Part shown: one piece after another, positions 13,092-23,697 of the stretch
Layout of the letters: each line of letters starts with the position of its first letter
Numbering within the stretch: the stretch's first letter is position 1
NCBI GenBank assembly: GCA_015232565.1
Contig: JADFZK010000011.1
Span: 358 to 64,357, forward strand
Length of the DNA stretch: 64,000 nucleotides
Direction of reading: 5' to 3'
DNA from: Candidatus Omnitrophota bacterium
Lineage (GTDB): Bacteria > Omnitrophota > Gorgyraeia > Zapsychrales > Fredricksoniimonadaceae
Made by a program: the position numbers and the translations under genes
The notes under the pieces: model-generated
What the model was told of the DNA's origin: nothing
Databases searched by the model: none
The model's input: the letters and a program-made list of their open reading frames with translations, nothing else

Positions 13092-14531
13092 TTAAGCCTG
13101 TCCCGGGCGGATCAAATACTCATGAACATTTTCCGCGGCTGTGCGGCCTTCCTGAATAGCCCACACCACCAGCGACTGCCCGCGGGTCATATCTCCCGCC
13201 GTGAACACACCCGGCAATGAAGTCATTTTGTCCGGTCCCGCTTTCACGTTACCCCGCGGGTCCAGCTCCACCGCCAGCTTTTCTACCAAACCACCCTTAA
13301 CCGGGCTCAGGAAACCCAAAGCCAGAAAAACCAGGTCGCAAGCTATCTCAAACTGTGAACCCGGCACCTCTTTCATAACCGGGCGGCCATTGGCATCTTT
13401 GGCCGACCAATCCAACCGTACGGCGTGGATCATCTTCACATTGCCATTCTCATCACCCGAGAAACTTTTGGTCAGGATATTATAATCCCGCTCACAGCCC
13501 TCTTCGTGCGAAGTGGACGTGCGCATGATAAAAGCCCAATTGGGCCAGGGGTTATCGTCCGCCCGAACAACCGGCGGCTTGGGCATCAGCTCAAACTGCA
13601 ACACCTCCGCCGCGCTCAGGCGGTTGGAAGTGCCCACGCAATCAGACCCCGTGTCTCCACCCCCCAGGACCACTACCTTTTTACCTTTAACATCAATAAA
13701 CTCTTTATTATCTACCTTGGTACCCATTAACAGGCGGGTCTTCTGGGAAAGATACTGCATGGCGAAATATACACCCTTTAACTCCCGGCCCGGCACCGCA
13801 ATATCCCGGGGCAATTCGGCCCCGCCGCACAAGACCAGCGCGTTGAATTGTTTGCGCAAGGCGTTGGGATCCACATCAACTCCCACATTCACCCCGGTCT
13901 TGAAAATCACGCCTTCCTGCTCCATCCGCTTGACCCGGCGCGCGACTACAGACTTCTCTAACTTGAAATTCGGGATCCCCAGCGTTAAAAGACCTCCGAC
14001 CACTTCATTCTTTTCGTACACCGTAACCTGATGGCCCTTTTTATTCAACTGGTCGGCACAAGCCAGGCCGGCCGGCCCCGAGCCAATTACCGCAACTTTA
14101 AATCCGCTGCGCTTTTGGGGCGGCTCGGGCTTAACCCAGCCTTCGGCATACCCGCGCTCAATTATCGCCAGCTCGATATTCTTTATTGTCACCGCCGGAT
14201 TATTGATCGCCAGCGTGCAGGAATTCTCGCAAGGAGCCGGACAGATCCGCCCGGTGAACTCGGGAAAATTATTGGTCTTATGCAGGCGCGCCAGGGCGTC
14301 TTTCCACTGGCCCTTGTTAACCAGGTCGTTCCAGGCCGGAATAATATTGCCCACCGGACAGCCCCACTGGCAAAAAGGCACGCCGCAATCCATACAACGG
14401 CCGCTCTGCTCCTTAAGGCCCTGCTCCTCGGGCAGTTTAATAAACTCTTTCCAGTGCTGTAACCGCCCGCTCACCGGTTCTTTGGTATATTCTGCGCGCC
14501 CGTATTTTAAAAAACCCTTAACTTCGCCCAT
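13092..14531 (-). CDS. gltD: Glutamate synthase (NADPH) small subunit
   Basis: 479 aa. N-terminal Cys cluster CMDCGVPFCQWGCP and FAD/NAD(P)-binding GSGPAGL motif. Confidence 0.93.
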   Translation of the reverse strand: MGEVKGFLKYGRAEYTKEPVSGRLQHWKEFIKLPEEQGLKEQSGRCMDCGVPFCQWGCPVGNIIPAWNDLVNKGQWKDALARLHKTNNFPEFTGRICPAPCENSCTLAINNPAVTIKNIELAIIERGYAEGWVKPEPPQKRSGFKVAVIGSGPAGLACADQLNKKGHQVTVYEKNEVVGGLLTLGIPNFKLEKSVVARRVKRMEQEGVIFKTGVNVGVDVDPNALRKQFNALVLCGGAELPRDIAVPGRELKGVYFAMQYLSQKTRLLMGTKVDNKEFIDVKGKKVVVLGGGDTGSDCVGTSNRLSAAEVLQFELMPKPPVVRADDNPWPNWAFIMRTSTSHEEGCERDYNILTKSFSGDENGNVKMIHAVRLDWSAKDANGRPVMKEVPGSQFEIACDLVFLALGFLSPVKGGLVEKLAVELDPRGNVKAGPDKMTSLPGVFTAGDMTRGQSLVVWAIQEGRTAAENVHEYLIRPGQA

Positions 14532-14547
14532 ATAGCTACCTTTTTAT

Positions 14548-17500
14548 TTAGACTGCTTTCTTCTTTGCCGCCTCTAAAGCCAGGCGGAAATCACGCGGAT
14601 AAACCTTAACGAACTGCGGCAAGGTACTGGCCCAGCCATCCAGGAGAGACTTCGCCGTGGTACTGCCGGTATACTGTAAATGGCGCTCGATCATGGTCTT
14701 TAATTCCGCCACATCCTGCTCTTCCTTGACCGGGAACAATTCCACCATGCCCATATTGCACAACTTGCCAAACTTGCCGTCGGGATCCCAAACATAGGCA
14801 ATACCGCCCGACATACCCGCCGCAAAATTGCGCCCCGTACTGCCCAGGACCACCACCCGGCCGCCGGTCATATATTCACAACCATGATCGCCCACACCTT
14901 CCACGACCGCCAAACCACCCGAATTGCGCACCGCAAAACGCTCGCCGGCCACTCCACGGAAATAAGCTTCGCCGCAAATAGCCCCGTAAAGCACCACATT
15001 GCCAGCCAGGATATTCTCGGCGGCCACCAGCGTGGATTTGCTAGCAGGATACACTATAATACGCCCGCCCGACAATCCCTTACCCACATAATCGTTGGCA
15101 TCGCCTGCCAGCTCGAAGGTGACTCCTTTGGAAAGAAAGGCCCCGAAACTCTGCCCGGCCGAACCGCTGAAATCAATGTGGATGGTCTCATCTTTCAACC
15201 CCGCCATGCCATACTTACGGGCAATAGTGGAACTCAACATGGTGCCCACTGTACGATTGACGTTCCGCACCTCGCAGGCAAAGCGGATCGGCGTACCGGT
15301 ATCAATAGCATTATTGCATTTGGCTATAAGCTCATTGTCCAGCGCTTTTTCCAGACCGTGCTCCTGTTTCAGGCAGTGCCGGATCGGAATATTCTTCGGC
15401 ACATCCGCCCGATGCAGGATATTGGCCAGGTCAATGCCCTTTAATTTCCAGTGCCCGATGACTTCTTTCATTTCCAGCATGTCCACCCGGCCGATCATGT
15501 CCTCAAACTTCCGGAAACCCAGCTCGGCCATCAACTCACGAATTTCCTCAGCCACAAAAGTAAAGAAACTCACCACATATTCCGGCTTACCGGCAAAATT
15601 GGCGCGTAAAAGCGGATCCTGGGTAGCAATGCCCACCGAACAAGCATCCAGATGGCATTTGCGCAACATGATACAACCCAGCGTCACCAGCGCTATAGTG
15701 GAAAAACCGAACTCGTCTGCTCCGAGCATGGCGGTAATTACCACATCCCGCCCGGTCTTGAGCTGTCCGTCGGCCTGAACACGAATACGGCCGCGCAGGT
15801 CGTTCATTACCAGCACCTGCTGGGTCTCCGCCAGGCCCAGCTCCATCGGCAGGCCGGCGTGTTTAATTGAAGTCTGCGGCGACGCGCCAGTACCGCCGTC
15901 GTAACCGGAAATAAGCACATGATCGGATTTGCCCTTGGACACCCCGGCCGCCACCGTGCCGACCCCCACTTCGGAAACCAGCTTAACGCTGACATCCGCC
16001 CGCGGATTGGCGTTCTTCAGATCGTGGATCAACTGGGCCAGGTCTTCGATAGAATAAATATCATGGTGCGGCGGCGGCGAGATCAACTGAACGCCCGGGG
16101 TCGTGCCGCGAGTACCGGCGATCTCTTTGGTAACCTTATGGCCCGGCAATTGCCCGCCTTCACCAGGCTTGGCGCCCTGCGCCATCTTGATCTGCATCTG
16201 ATCAGAATTGACCAAATACTCGATATTCACTCCAAACCGTCCCTGCGCCACTTGTTTGATGCGGCTGCGGCGGTAATCTCCATTGGGGTCTTTCTTGAAT
16301 CGACCCGGATCCTCGCCGCCCTCTCCGGTGTTGGAGAATCCGCCCAAGCGGTTCATGGCGATAGCCAAAGTTTCGTGGGCTTCCCGGGAAATAGAACCAT
16401 AACTCATCGCACCGGTAGCAAAACGCTTGACGATCTCGCTGGCCGGTTCGACCTCCGCAATTGGCACCGCCTGGCCCTTCTTAAACTGCATAAGGCCGCG
16501 AATATTAGCCACGGCCCGCCCCGTTTCATTAACGGTACGGGAAAACTTCTTGAACAACTGATAATCGTTGGCGCGCACCGCCTGCTGTAAAGTAGCAATG
16601 ACCTCGGGATTGATCTGGTGGAACTCACCGTCCTTGCGCCAGTGGTACCAACCGCCCTCATCGAGCAGTTCGTCGACCGGCCCAAATTCCGGATAAGCCG
16701 CGGTATGGCGGCGCAAAGTTTCCTCGGCCACGGTCCCGATCTCGATCCCGCCGATGCGCGAAGGCGTGGCGGTAAAATACCTCTCTATTAATTCTTTCCC
16801 CAGGCCCACCGCTTCAAAGATCTGGGCGCCGCAATACGACTGAATAGTCGAAATGCCCATCTTGGAAATAACCTTGAACAAACCCTTGCGCGTCGCCTTG
16901 ATGTAATTCTTCTCGGCGTGATGATAATCCAGGCCGGGGCCTTTAAAATTCCCTTTGGCCACTTCGCTCTCAATGGTTTCCAAAGCCAGGTAAGGATTGA
17001 TCGCATTCGCCCCGTAACCAATCAGGACCGCAAAATGATGCATTTCCCGCGCCTCACCGGTTTCCAATACAATAGAAACCTTGGTGCGCGCACCTTTACG
17101 GATCAAATGATGATGCAAACCGGCACAAGCCAGCAAGGACGGTATGGCCACATTGCGGGCGCTCATTTCCCGGTCGGACAAGACCAGAATGTTCACTCCT
17201 TCGCTCACCGCTTTATCCACCCGGGCAAACAACATGTCCAAAGCTTTGGCCAGGCCAGCCACCCCTTCCGCTTTAGGGAAGACGATCGGCAAAGTAGCGC
17301 TTTTAAGGCCAGTCAAATTAACGTGCGCAACTTGCTCCAGTTCCCGGTTGGTGAGGATCGGGCGGGCCAGCCGCAAACGACGGGCATGCTCCGGCGTTTC
17401 CGCCAGGATATTGCCTTCCGAACCCAGGTACACATTCTCCGCCATCACGATCTCTTCGCGAATAGCATCCACCGGCGGATTGGTAACCTGGGCAAAAAGC

Positions 17501-19065
17501 TGTTTGAAATAATTAAACAAAAGCTGGGGCCGCAAGGAGAGCACCGCGACCGGATTATCGGCGCCCATGGAACCCGTGGCTTCTTCACTATTCTCGACCA
17601 TCGCCTTAAGGACGATCTTCAGGTCTTCCTGGGTGTACCCGAAAGCGCGCTGGCGCTCCAGCAAAGTCTTTTCGTTCAGCCCGCTGACCTTTTTAGGCTC
17701 CGGCAGGTTCTTCACATCAACAATATTGTCCTTCAGCCACTGGCCATACGGCTGGCGGCGGGCATAAGTCTCTTTTATCTCCCGGTCATCAATAATACGT
17801 CCAACCTGGGTATCGATCAGGAACATCTTGCCCGGCTGCAGACGGCCTTTCTTTGCGACCCGCTCCGGAGCAATGGGCAAAACACCCGTCTCGGAAGCCA
17901 TCACAACCAGCCCGTCTTTGGTGATCGTATATCTGGACGGACGCAAACCGTTACGATCCAGAACCGCGCCGATATAACGGCCATCGGTGAAAGCTATGCA
18001 GGCCGGGCCATCCCACGGCTCCATTAAAAGGGAATGATATTCATAAAAAGCCCGTTTCTCCTCGCTGATGGCCTCGTCGCCCACCCAGGCCTCGGGCACC
18101 ATCATCAACACGGCATGCGGCAGGGAACGGCCGGCCATTACCAACAGCTCCAGCGCATTGTCAAAAGAAGCCGAGTCGCTCCCGAAGGGGCCGACGATCG
18201 GATAGATCTTCTTGACATCCTTGCCAAAAAGGTCGTTAGCCATTTGCGCTTCCCGCGCGCGCATCCAGTTCAAATTCCCGCGCAGGGTATTGATCTCGCC
18301 GTTATGGGCCATCATGCGGTACGGATGCGCCAAAGACCAGGTCGGAAAAGTATTGGTACTGTAGCGCGAATGGACCAGCGCCAGGGCTGAAGTCATGTCG
18401 GGATCGGCCAGGTCGGCAAAGAACGGACCCAGCTGTTCGGCCATGAACTGGCCTTTATAAACCAGCGTTTGCGACGACAGGCTGCAAACGTAAAAATAAC
18501 TGCGGTCATGCACGGTGGAAGTGTGCACCTTGGTCCAACAGCGCTTGCGCAGAACGTAAAGCTTACGCTCAAACTCTTCCGGCTTCGTATCCACGCCGCG
18601 GCCAATGAACAACTGCCGCAGTTCCGGCTGTACCGAATGCGCCACCCGGCCCACATGCCGATCATCATGCGGAATAACGCGCCAGCCCAAAAACTGCTGG
18701 CCTTCCTCACGGATGATCTGCTCCACCCACTCCTCGATAATATTACACGACTGAGTTTCGCCGGGCAAAAACACCAGCCCGCAGGCATAGTCTCCGGCCG
18801 CCGGCAACTCAAAACCTTCCGCCTTGGCCGCCTTGCGCAGGAACTGGTCGGGCATCTGCAGTAAAATACCCGCGCCATCCCCAGTTAAAGGATCACACCC
18901 GCAAGCGCCGCGGTGCGACAGGTTCTCCAGGACCTGAAGGCCCTGCCGGACGATATCATGCGACTTGCGCCCCTGGATGTCTGCCACAAAGCCGACACCG
19001 CAAGCGTCATGTTCGAATTGGGGGTCGTAAAGCCCCTGTTTGGACGGTAAGCCACTAATGTTCAT
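14548..19065 (-). CDS. gltB: Glutamate synthase large subunit (ferredoxin/NADPH type)
   Basis: 1505 aa. N-terminal Ntn amidotransferase (FEHDACGVGF), central domain, FMN-binding domain and GXGXG C-domain. Confidence 0.96.
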   Translation of the reverse strand: MNISGLPSKQGLYDPQFEHDACGVGFVADIQGRKSHDIVRQGLQVLENLSHRGACGCDPLTGDGAGILLQMPDQFLRKAAKAEGFELPAAGDYACGLVFLPGETQSCNIIEEWVEQIIREEGQQFLGWRVIPHDDRHVGRVAHSVQPELRQLFIGRGVDTKPEEFERKLYVLRKRCWTKVHTSTVHDRSYFYVCSLSSQTLVYKGQFMAEQLGPFFADLADPDMTSALALVHSRYSTNTFPTWSLAHPYRMMAHNGEINTLRGNLNWMRAREAQMANDLFGKDVKKIYPIVGPFGSDSASFDNALELLVMAGRSLPHAVLMMVPEAWVGDEAISEEKRAFYEYHSLLMEPWDGPACIAFTDGRYIGAVLDRNGLRPSRYTITKDGLVVMASETGVLPIAPERVAKKGRLQPGKMFLIDTQVGRIIDDREIKETYARRQPYGQWLKDNIVDVKNLPEPKKVSGLNEKTLLERQRAFGYTQEDLKIVLKAMVENSEEATGSMGADNPVAVLSLRPQLLFNYFKQLFAQVTNPPVDAIREEIVMAENVYLGSEGNILAETPEHARRLRLARPILTNRELEQVAHVNLTGLKSATLPIVFPKAEGVAGLAKALDMLFARVDKAVSEGVNILVLSDREMSARNVAIPSLLACAGLHHHLIRKGARTKVSIVLETGEAREMHHFAVLIGYGANAINPYLALETIESEVAKGNFKGPGLDYHHAEKNYIKATRKGLFKVISKMGISTIQSYCGAQIFEAVGLGKELIERYFTATPSRIGGIEIGTVAEETLRRHTAAYPEFGPVDELLDEGGWYHWRKDGEFHQINPEVIATLQQAVRANDYQLFKKFSRTVNETGRAVANIRGLMQFKKGQAVPIAEVEPASEIVKRFATGAMSYGSISREAHETLAIAMNRLGGFSNTGEGGEDPGRFKKDPNGDYRRSRIKQVAQGRFGVNIEYLVNSDQMQIKMAQGAKPGEGGQLPGHKVTKEIAGTRGTTPGVQLISPPPHHDIYSIEDLAQLIHDLKNANPRADVSVKLVSEVGVGTVAAGVSKGKSDHVLISGYDGGTGASPQTSIKHAGLPMELGLAETQQVLVMNDLRGRIRVQADGQLKTGRDVVITAMLGADEFGFSTIALVTLGCIMLRKCHLDACSVGIATQDPLLRANFAGKPEYVVSFFTFVAEEIRELMAELGFRKFEDMIGRVDMLEMKEVIGHWKLKGIDLANILHRADVPKNIPIRHCLKQEHGLEKALDNELIAKCNNAIDTGTPIRFACEVRNVNRTVGTMLSSTIARKYGMAGLKDETIHIDFSGSAGQSFGAFLSKGVTFELAGDANDYVGKGLSGGRIIVYPASKSTLVAAENILAGNVVLYGAICGEAYFRGVAGERFAVRNSGGLAVVEGVGDHGCEYMTGGRVVVLGSTGRNFAAGMSGGIAYVWDPDGKFGKLCNMGMVELFPVKEEQDVAELKTMIERHLQYTGSTTAKSLLDGWASTLPQFVKVYPRDFRLALEAAKKKAV

Positions 19066-19107
19066 GGGAAGAACTCCAAAAGTTAAGGATGCTCAAAGGG
19101 GGTTATT

Positions 19108-19911
19108 TTAAGTCCGCGGCCGGGCAAAAGCAACTGTTTTTTCGAGGGGCCGTTTACGTGCGATCAGGATCAATGACTGGCCAAAAGGCGGCGGGCAAAA
19201 GCTTTCCATTGCGCGCAGGAACGGCACGATCCGGTCCAGCGCCGCGCACGTTACGGGATCGAATCTTTGCTGACGCAAAATTCTGCCAGCGATAAACCAG
19301 GAAAAAACGCCCAGAGCATTCATGTAATATGCCCGCTCCACCTGCAAGCCGGCGGCCACCATCTTTTGCCCCAATTCCCTCCGGGTATAACGGCGCACAT
19401 GCCCCACCATATTGTCCAGGGAGCCGTGAATGGCCGGCAGAGCCGGAACCATGATCAACAAACGCCCTCCCGGAGCCAGAATGCGCGTCATATTGCCAAT
19501 TGCTGCCACATCATCGTCAATGTGCTCAAGAACATTCAACGCAATGACCGTATCCGGCAAATGCTCCTGGATAATGGTCGATCTCTCCAAAGCTGAAATA
19601 TCGGCCAACGGTAAAACCTCGTAACGCGGCTTACGACCGGCAAAACGTTTTTGCAGGAAGGCGGCCATTTCCGGGGCATGATCTGACAGGATGATCCTGT
19701 CTACCGACGGCAGATCATACAGCTCGGCCATATCGCCGCGGCCACTGCCCACATCGAAAACCACGCCGGATAAATACGGCCGAAAATGCGCCATGACCCA
19801 TTGATTATACCGGTCCGCCCGGGCCACAACCTCCAAAGTCGCAAACAGTTCACTCATTTTACGCCCGCCCCGGCACTGGAGATATTTCTGTTTATAAAAT
19901 ACAGCCCACAA
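19108..19911 (-). CDS. Class I SAM-dependent methyltransferase. The likely true start is the internal MSELFATLEV at about 19857.
   Basis: VFDVGSGRGDMAE motif I (GxGxG-like) and acidic motif II; 267-aa ORF. Confidence 0.7.
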   Translation of the reverse strand: MWAVFYKQKYLQCRGGRKMSELFATLEVVARADRYNQWVMAHFRPYLSGVVFDVGSGRGDMAELYDLPSVDRIILSDHAPEMAAFLQKRFAGRKPRYEVLPLADISALERSTIIQEHLPDTVIALNVLEHIDDDVAAIGNMTRILAPGGRLLIMVPALPAIHGSLDNMVGHVRRYTRRELGQKMVAAGLQVERAYYMNALGVFSWFIAGRILRQQRFDPVTCAALDRIVPFLRAMESFCPPPFGQSLILIARKRPLEKTVAFARPRT

Positions 19912-20057
19912 TCCTTAGCATTCCCCAACCTTAAAATATAATCGACCACTGCAAACCACACTGGTGCGTAACCAGAAATATTTCTTTACTGTAACAAAAT
20001 GTTATATAGGATGCTTTTTGTGTCAATCAACCCTTATAACAACAGCCAACAGATTGT

Positions 20058-20756
20058 TTGATGAAGATTTCTATCCTTATCCCCGTTTTTAATGAGTCAG
20101 CTACAATCTTAGCGCTTATCGACAAAGTGCTGGCCGCCGATCTACCCGCTGGGATAACCCGGGAAATACTGGTTATAAATGACGGCTCACGGGATCAAAC
20201 ATCCTCTCTGCTCAAATCCCTGACAGAAAATCCGCTAATCCGCCGCTTTGACCACCCGGTCAACCTTGGAAAAACTGCGGCTATCAGAACAGGTTTCCAA
20301 CATGCCGTTGGCGATATCATCATCATTCAAGATGCCGACCTGGAATACGACCCCTGCCAATATTCTTTATTGCTAGACCCGATACTGACCAGGAACAAAT
20401 CCATTGTTTACGGATCACGGCTAATGCGCAAATCAAACAAAATATACGCCATTAATTATTTAGCCAACAGAGCGGCGGTCATTACACTCAACTGGCTATT
20501 CAAAACACAATTGACCGATTTTCACACAGGATTCAAAGTGTTTAAAAGAAGCCTGCTTGAAGGCATAATCCTGACTTCTGAAAACTTTTCATTTGATACA
20601 GAATTAACCGCAAAATTTCTGGCCAAAGGGCTGGAGATCCACGAAGTGCCCATCGATTATGTACCCCGCACAAAGAAACAAGGCAAAAAGATCACCTGGG
20701 GACAAGCTTTCGAAACATATCTTGTTCTGTTCAAATGCCGCTTTACCCAAAGATAA
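20058..20756 (+). CDS. GT2 family glycosyltransferase, DPM1/GtrB-like polyprenyl-phosphate hexose synthase type (soluble, 232 aa)
   Basis: SILIPVFNE ... VINDGSRD ... QDADLEYDP (DAD motif). AT-richer than the core genes. Converges on the rSAM gene with a 14-nt 3' overlap. Confidence 0.8.
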   Translation: MMKISILIPVFNESATILALIDKVLAADLPAGITREILVINDGSRDQTSSLLKSLTENPLIRRFDHPVNLGKTAAIRTGFQHAVGDIIIIQDADLEYDPCQYSLLLDPILTRNKSIVYGSRLMRKSNKIYAINYLANRAAVITLNWLFKTQLTDFHTGFKVFKRSLLEGIILTSENFSFDTELTAKFLAKGLEIHEVPIDYVPRTKKQGKKITWGQAFETYLVLFKCRFTQR

Positions 20757-21783
20757 AAGCACCCAAGTTCCCAACAATGGTCGGATACGCTTCGCAGGGA
20801 GCCCAACAGCGCGGACAATCCATATTCTCGATCTGCTTCTTTAACGACTGCACCTCAGGATGCGCAATGATCCTGCCAATATCATAATCATTATCGCTTA
20901 ATTTACCTATGGGCCGATCATAAAACAAACAAGGAAACACCATGCCATACGCATCCACAAAAACACTGCCATGCAAAGCCTGACAGACAAAAGGGATCTT
21001 TTCACCTTTCCAGTGTTTATCCAAATAACGCATATATCTGTCTTCCAGAAAGCCTTTAAACGAGAACGCCTTCTTAAAACTTCGTAAAGATGCCCGAAGA
21101 TGCTTCAGATCCACCCCTTCGCACCCTTTTGCTCCCATGGCCTGATTGCCATAATAATGCCCGGAAACATGATAAAAGTTAAAGTGCAAGTCGTCGGCCG
21201 TAAAACCAGGAAGATCTTTTTTAAGGCCAACAATGAATTCCTCCACATATTCAAAGTTCAAAGCTGAAATGGTACAAGAAATTGAAACCCGGCCTTTCTT
21301 AAGGCGCTTCACAGCCTTAAATGTTTCGATACCGCGCGCATATGAGCCCTGGTGCCCGCGCAATTGATCATGAACACCTTCGGGACCATCAAGGCTTATT
21401 GAGATCATCGGACTTTGCCTGAGCCGAATTATCTCCTGCGCCACTTTGACCATTCGATCAGGAAACATCCCATTGGTCGTCATATGAAGGATCTTTAAAT
21501 TCTTAGACTGCCCTATAATTACCCGAACAACATCGATCAAGTCTTCTCTCAAGGTAAGTTCGCCACCCGTAAGATCCAACCAGCTCAAATTGGGCAATTT
21601 CCGAAACATCCTTTCTATTTCACCAACCGACAGCTCTGATCGCAAAGGCATTTTCCAAATAGAACAGATCTTACATTTCAAATTACACCTGAAAGTCAGG
21701 CAAAAAAGCAACTTTGCCACCGACTTCAACTGCCGGGCGTTTGCTCGATACACATTCTTCAAAAAAGTCAGGTTTTTACCCAT
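20743..21783 (-). CDS. Radical SAM protein with a C-terminal SPASM/twitch-like Cys cluster
   Basis: CNLKCKICSIW (CX3CX2C) near the N-terminus, and CQALHGSVFVDAYGMVFPC ... CPRCWAPC in the C-terminal third. Low GC (~35-40%). Confidence 0.75.
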   Translation of the reverse strand: MGKNLTFLKNVYRANARQLKSVAKLLFCLTFRCNLKCKICSIWKMPLRSELSVGEIERMFRKLPNLSWLDLTGGELTLREDLIDVVRVIIGQSKNLKILHMTTNGMFPDRMVKVAQEIIRLRQSPMISISLDGPEGVHDQLRGHQGSYARGIETFKAVKRLKKGRVSISCTISALNFEYVEEFIVGLKKDLPGFTADDLHFNFYHVSGHYYGNQAMGAKGCEGVDLKHLRASLRSFKKAFSFKGFLEDRYMRYLDKHWKGEKIPFVCQALHGSVFVDAYGMVFPCLFYDRPIGKLSDNDYDIGRIIAHPEVQSLKKQIENMDCPRCWAPCEAYPTIVGNLGAFIFG

Positions 21784-21812
21784 AGCCCTGTAAAATCGAT
21801 TAGTTAGTCCCG

Positions 21813-23690
21813 TCAGTTATTGCGTTTAGGATCAAGATAAAGCCTAAAGCCCTTTATTTCAGCCGCCTTAATGAACTGCCGACCATTAAAAACGTCTGCT
21901 CCGGAAATGTTTTCTCCCCCCAGGTCAATTACCGCACAAGGCGTGAATTCTCCCAAAGGATACCCGAGCGCCGAAACCGGCCCCACCACATTAACATGTT
22001 CTACCCGAACATCCGGCCCCAACAGAGCCTGCCAAGTATACTCCCACGCATCCGACCCTAAAATGATACCAACATTGCGGCACCCCATCCCGTTCAATGA
22101 CTCGGACACCTGATCAACCAATGAATATTCCCCGGGATGTTTTGCAAAATAATTCTGTGTGCGACTAAAGCGGAGCAAGCTTTTCTCGGATAACAAGCGC
22201 CGTGTATTGTTTAATACCAAAGGCTGTATGGCCACCAGGAACGCTACCAAGACAGCTCCAATGAGTAATTTGCGCGAAGCGGCCTTCTCAAATACCACCG
22301 CCACTAGCGGCATAGCCATTATAAAAAGCGGCAAGTGTAACCGGCTTATAAAAGGGTTCCATTGAGCCAAAATACAAAACATCAAAGTCTGACATAATCC
22401 TGTCATAACAAAAAACCATAAAACACGCTCTTTATTCCGCACTCGCCAAAACAATGCCCCCGCAATAACGACCAAAAACATATGAAAAGAATTTGGCATA
22501 TAATCTTCATCCAGATAATACCACAAACGCAAAGGCGCTCCCTCTGCTGGAATATTACACACCTTATCCCACTGCAAAACGACACTCTCAATAAAACGAT
22601 TCCACTCTTTCCCAGGCAACGCAAGCTGCGTTGCCGCATTCTTCAAAACATTTGAAACTATTTCCACGCCTCCCACTCGCACCATTGCGGCGTCGCCGCC
22701 TTTTTTCATGGCGACAATGACATTTTTATCCACCTGCGTCAGTCGACACAAGAATGAACCATTAATGATCCCCACCATAAACAACGTTAAAATTAACAAC
22801 CACGCTTTACGGCGAATTCCAACTCCAGAAGAAAACATCACTACCAAAACCGCAGTAACAGCCAAAAACCAACCCGAACCTTTGGTAAAAGCTGCCAAGC
22901 CCGCTCCTGCCGCGGTAAGCCAAAGCCACCTGCCTTGCCCGCTTAATAATACCTTCAATGCAAAACAGGCCGTACACAATACCAAGAAAGCAACCACGTA
23001 ATCATTCTGGGTACTTGAACCCTGCAGTATGCCCATAGGCAGGGTCAATGCCAACAAGGCCGCCGTAATCTGCCCTAAACGCGACGCTCCTAGCAAACCA
23101 GCGGCCAAAGACACTCCCAAAGCCGAACACACCATTGCCGACCATTGCACCATATTGGCGCATCGATCCCCTCCGCTCAATATCTGCAAATGCAGAATAA
23201 TATATTCAGCAAAAGGCAAATACACCAACTGTCGAATAATGTTCGTAGGATAATTCATGACACTGCTATTCTGCCGCCAATGGCCCACGCGCGCCATGTG
23301 ATAGGTCATCGAATCCCAGGTATTCGGCGGCGCATACAAAGCAATAAATCCCACCACCAGCACAATGAAGGCGGCCATACTCAAAAGGACTTTTTCAATC
23401 CAGGTTAAGGACCAACACGGCCATGACCAACGGCCAACGGAAGCAATACGCGCAATCATAAAACTTATGGCCACCACCAGCAAAGACCAGAACGTTAACA
23501 GGGAGAAGAAATTGATCTGCCGGATAGGAGAAAGCGCTTCGGTGGAAAAAACGATAAGAACGCCGCTGATCACATTGGCCGCCAGCAAAGCCTCGCGCGC
23601 TTCCAACCCGCGCAAGGTCAGCCAACGCCATAATAATAAGATAAAAACCAGCGGCAAAAACGCAAAAACTATCATAAACCCAAATTCCAT
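21813..23690 (-). CDS. Polytopic membrane protein, GT-C-like putative glycosyltransferase (copy A of a tandem pair)
   Basis: 625 aa, >10 predicted TM helices, conserved loop PPNTWDSMTYHMARVGHW. N-terminal ~225 aa nearly identical to copy B; C-terminal half diverged and lower GC. Confidence 0.55.
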   Translation of the reverse strand: MEFGFMIVFAFLPLVFILLLWRWLTLRGLEAREALLAANVISGVLIVFSTEALSPIRQINFFSLLTFWSLLVVAISFMIARIASVGRWSWPCWSLTWIEKVLLSMAAFIVLVVGFIALYAPPNTWDSMTYHMARVGHWRQNSSVMNYPTNIIRQLVYLPFAEYIILHLQILSGGDRCANMVQWSAMVCSALGVSLAAGLLGASRLGQITAALLALTLPMGILQGSSTQNDYVVAFLVLCTACFALKVLLSGQGRWLWLTAAGAGLAAFTKGSGWFLAVTAVLVVMFSSGVGIRRKAWLLILTLFMVGIINGSFLCRLTQVDKNVIVAMKKGGDAAMVRVGGVEIVSNVLKNAATQLALPGKEWNRFIESVVLQWDKVCNIPAEGAPLRLWYYLDEDYMPNSFHMFLVVIAGALFWRVRNKERVLWFFVMTGLCQTLMFCILAQWNPFISRLHLPLFIMAMPLVAVVFEKAASRKLLIGAVLVAFLVAIQPLVLNNTRRLLSEKSLLRFSRTQNYFAKHPGEYSLVDQVSESLNGMGCRNVGIILGSDAWEYTWQALLGPDVRVEHVNVVGPVSALGYPLGEFTPCAVIDLGGENISGADVFNGRQFIKAAEIKGFRLYLDPKRNN

Positions 23691-23697
23691 TTTAATC

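Noticed and set aside
20659-20844. 61-aa ORF (and 21590..21793 67-aa ORF) as candidate RiPP precursor peptides for the SPASM radical-SAM enzyme
   Set aside because: Both overlap coding sequence of the GT2 or rSAM genes in other frames and lack leader/core peptide features. The substrate of the rSAM enzyme remains unknown.
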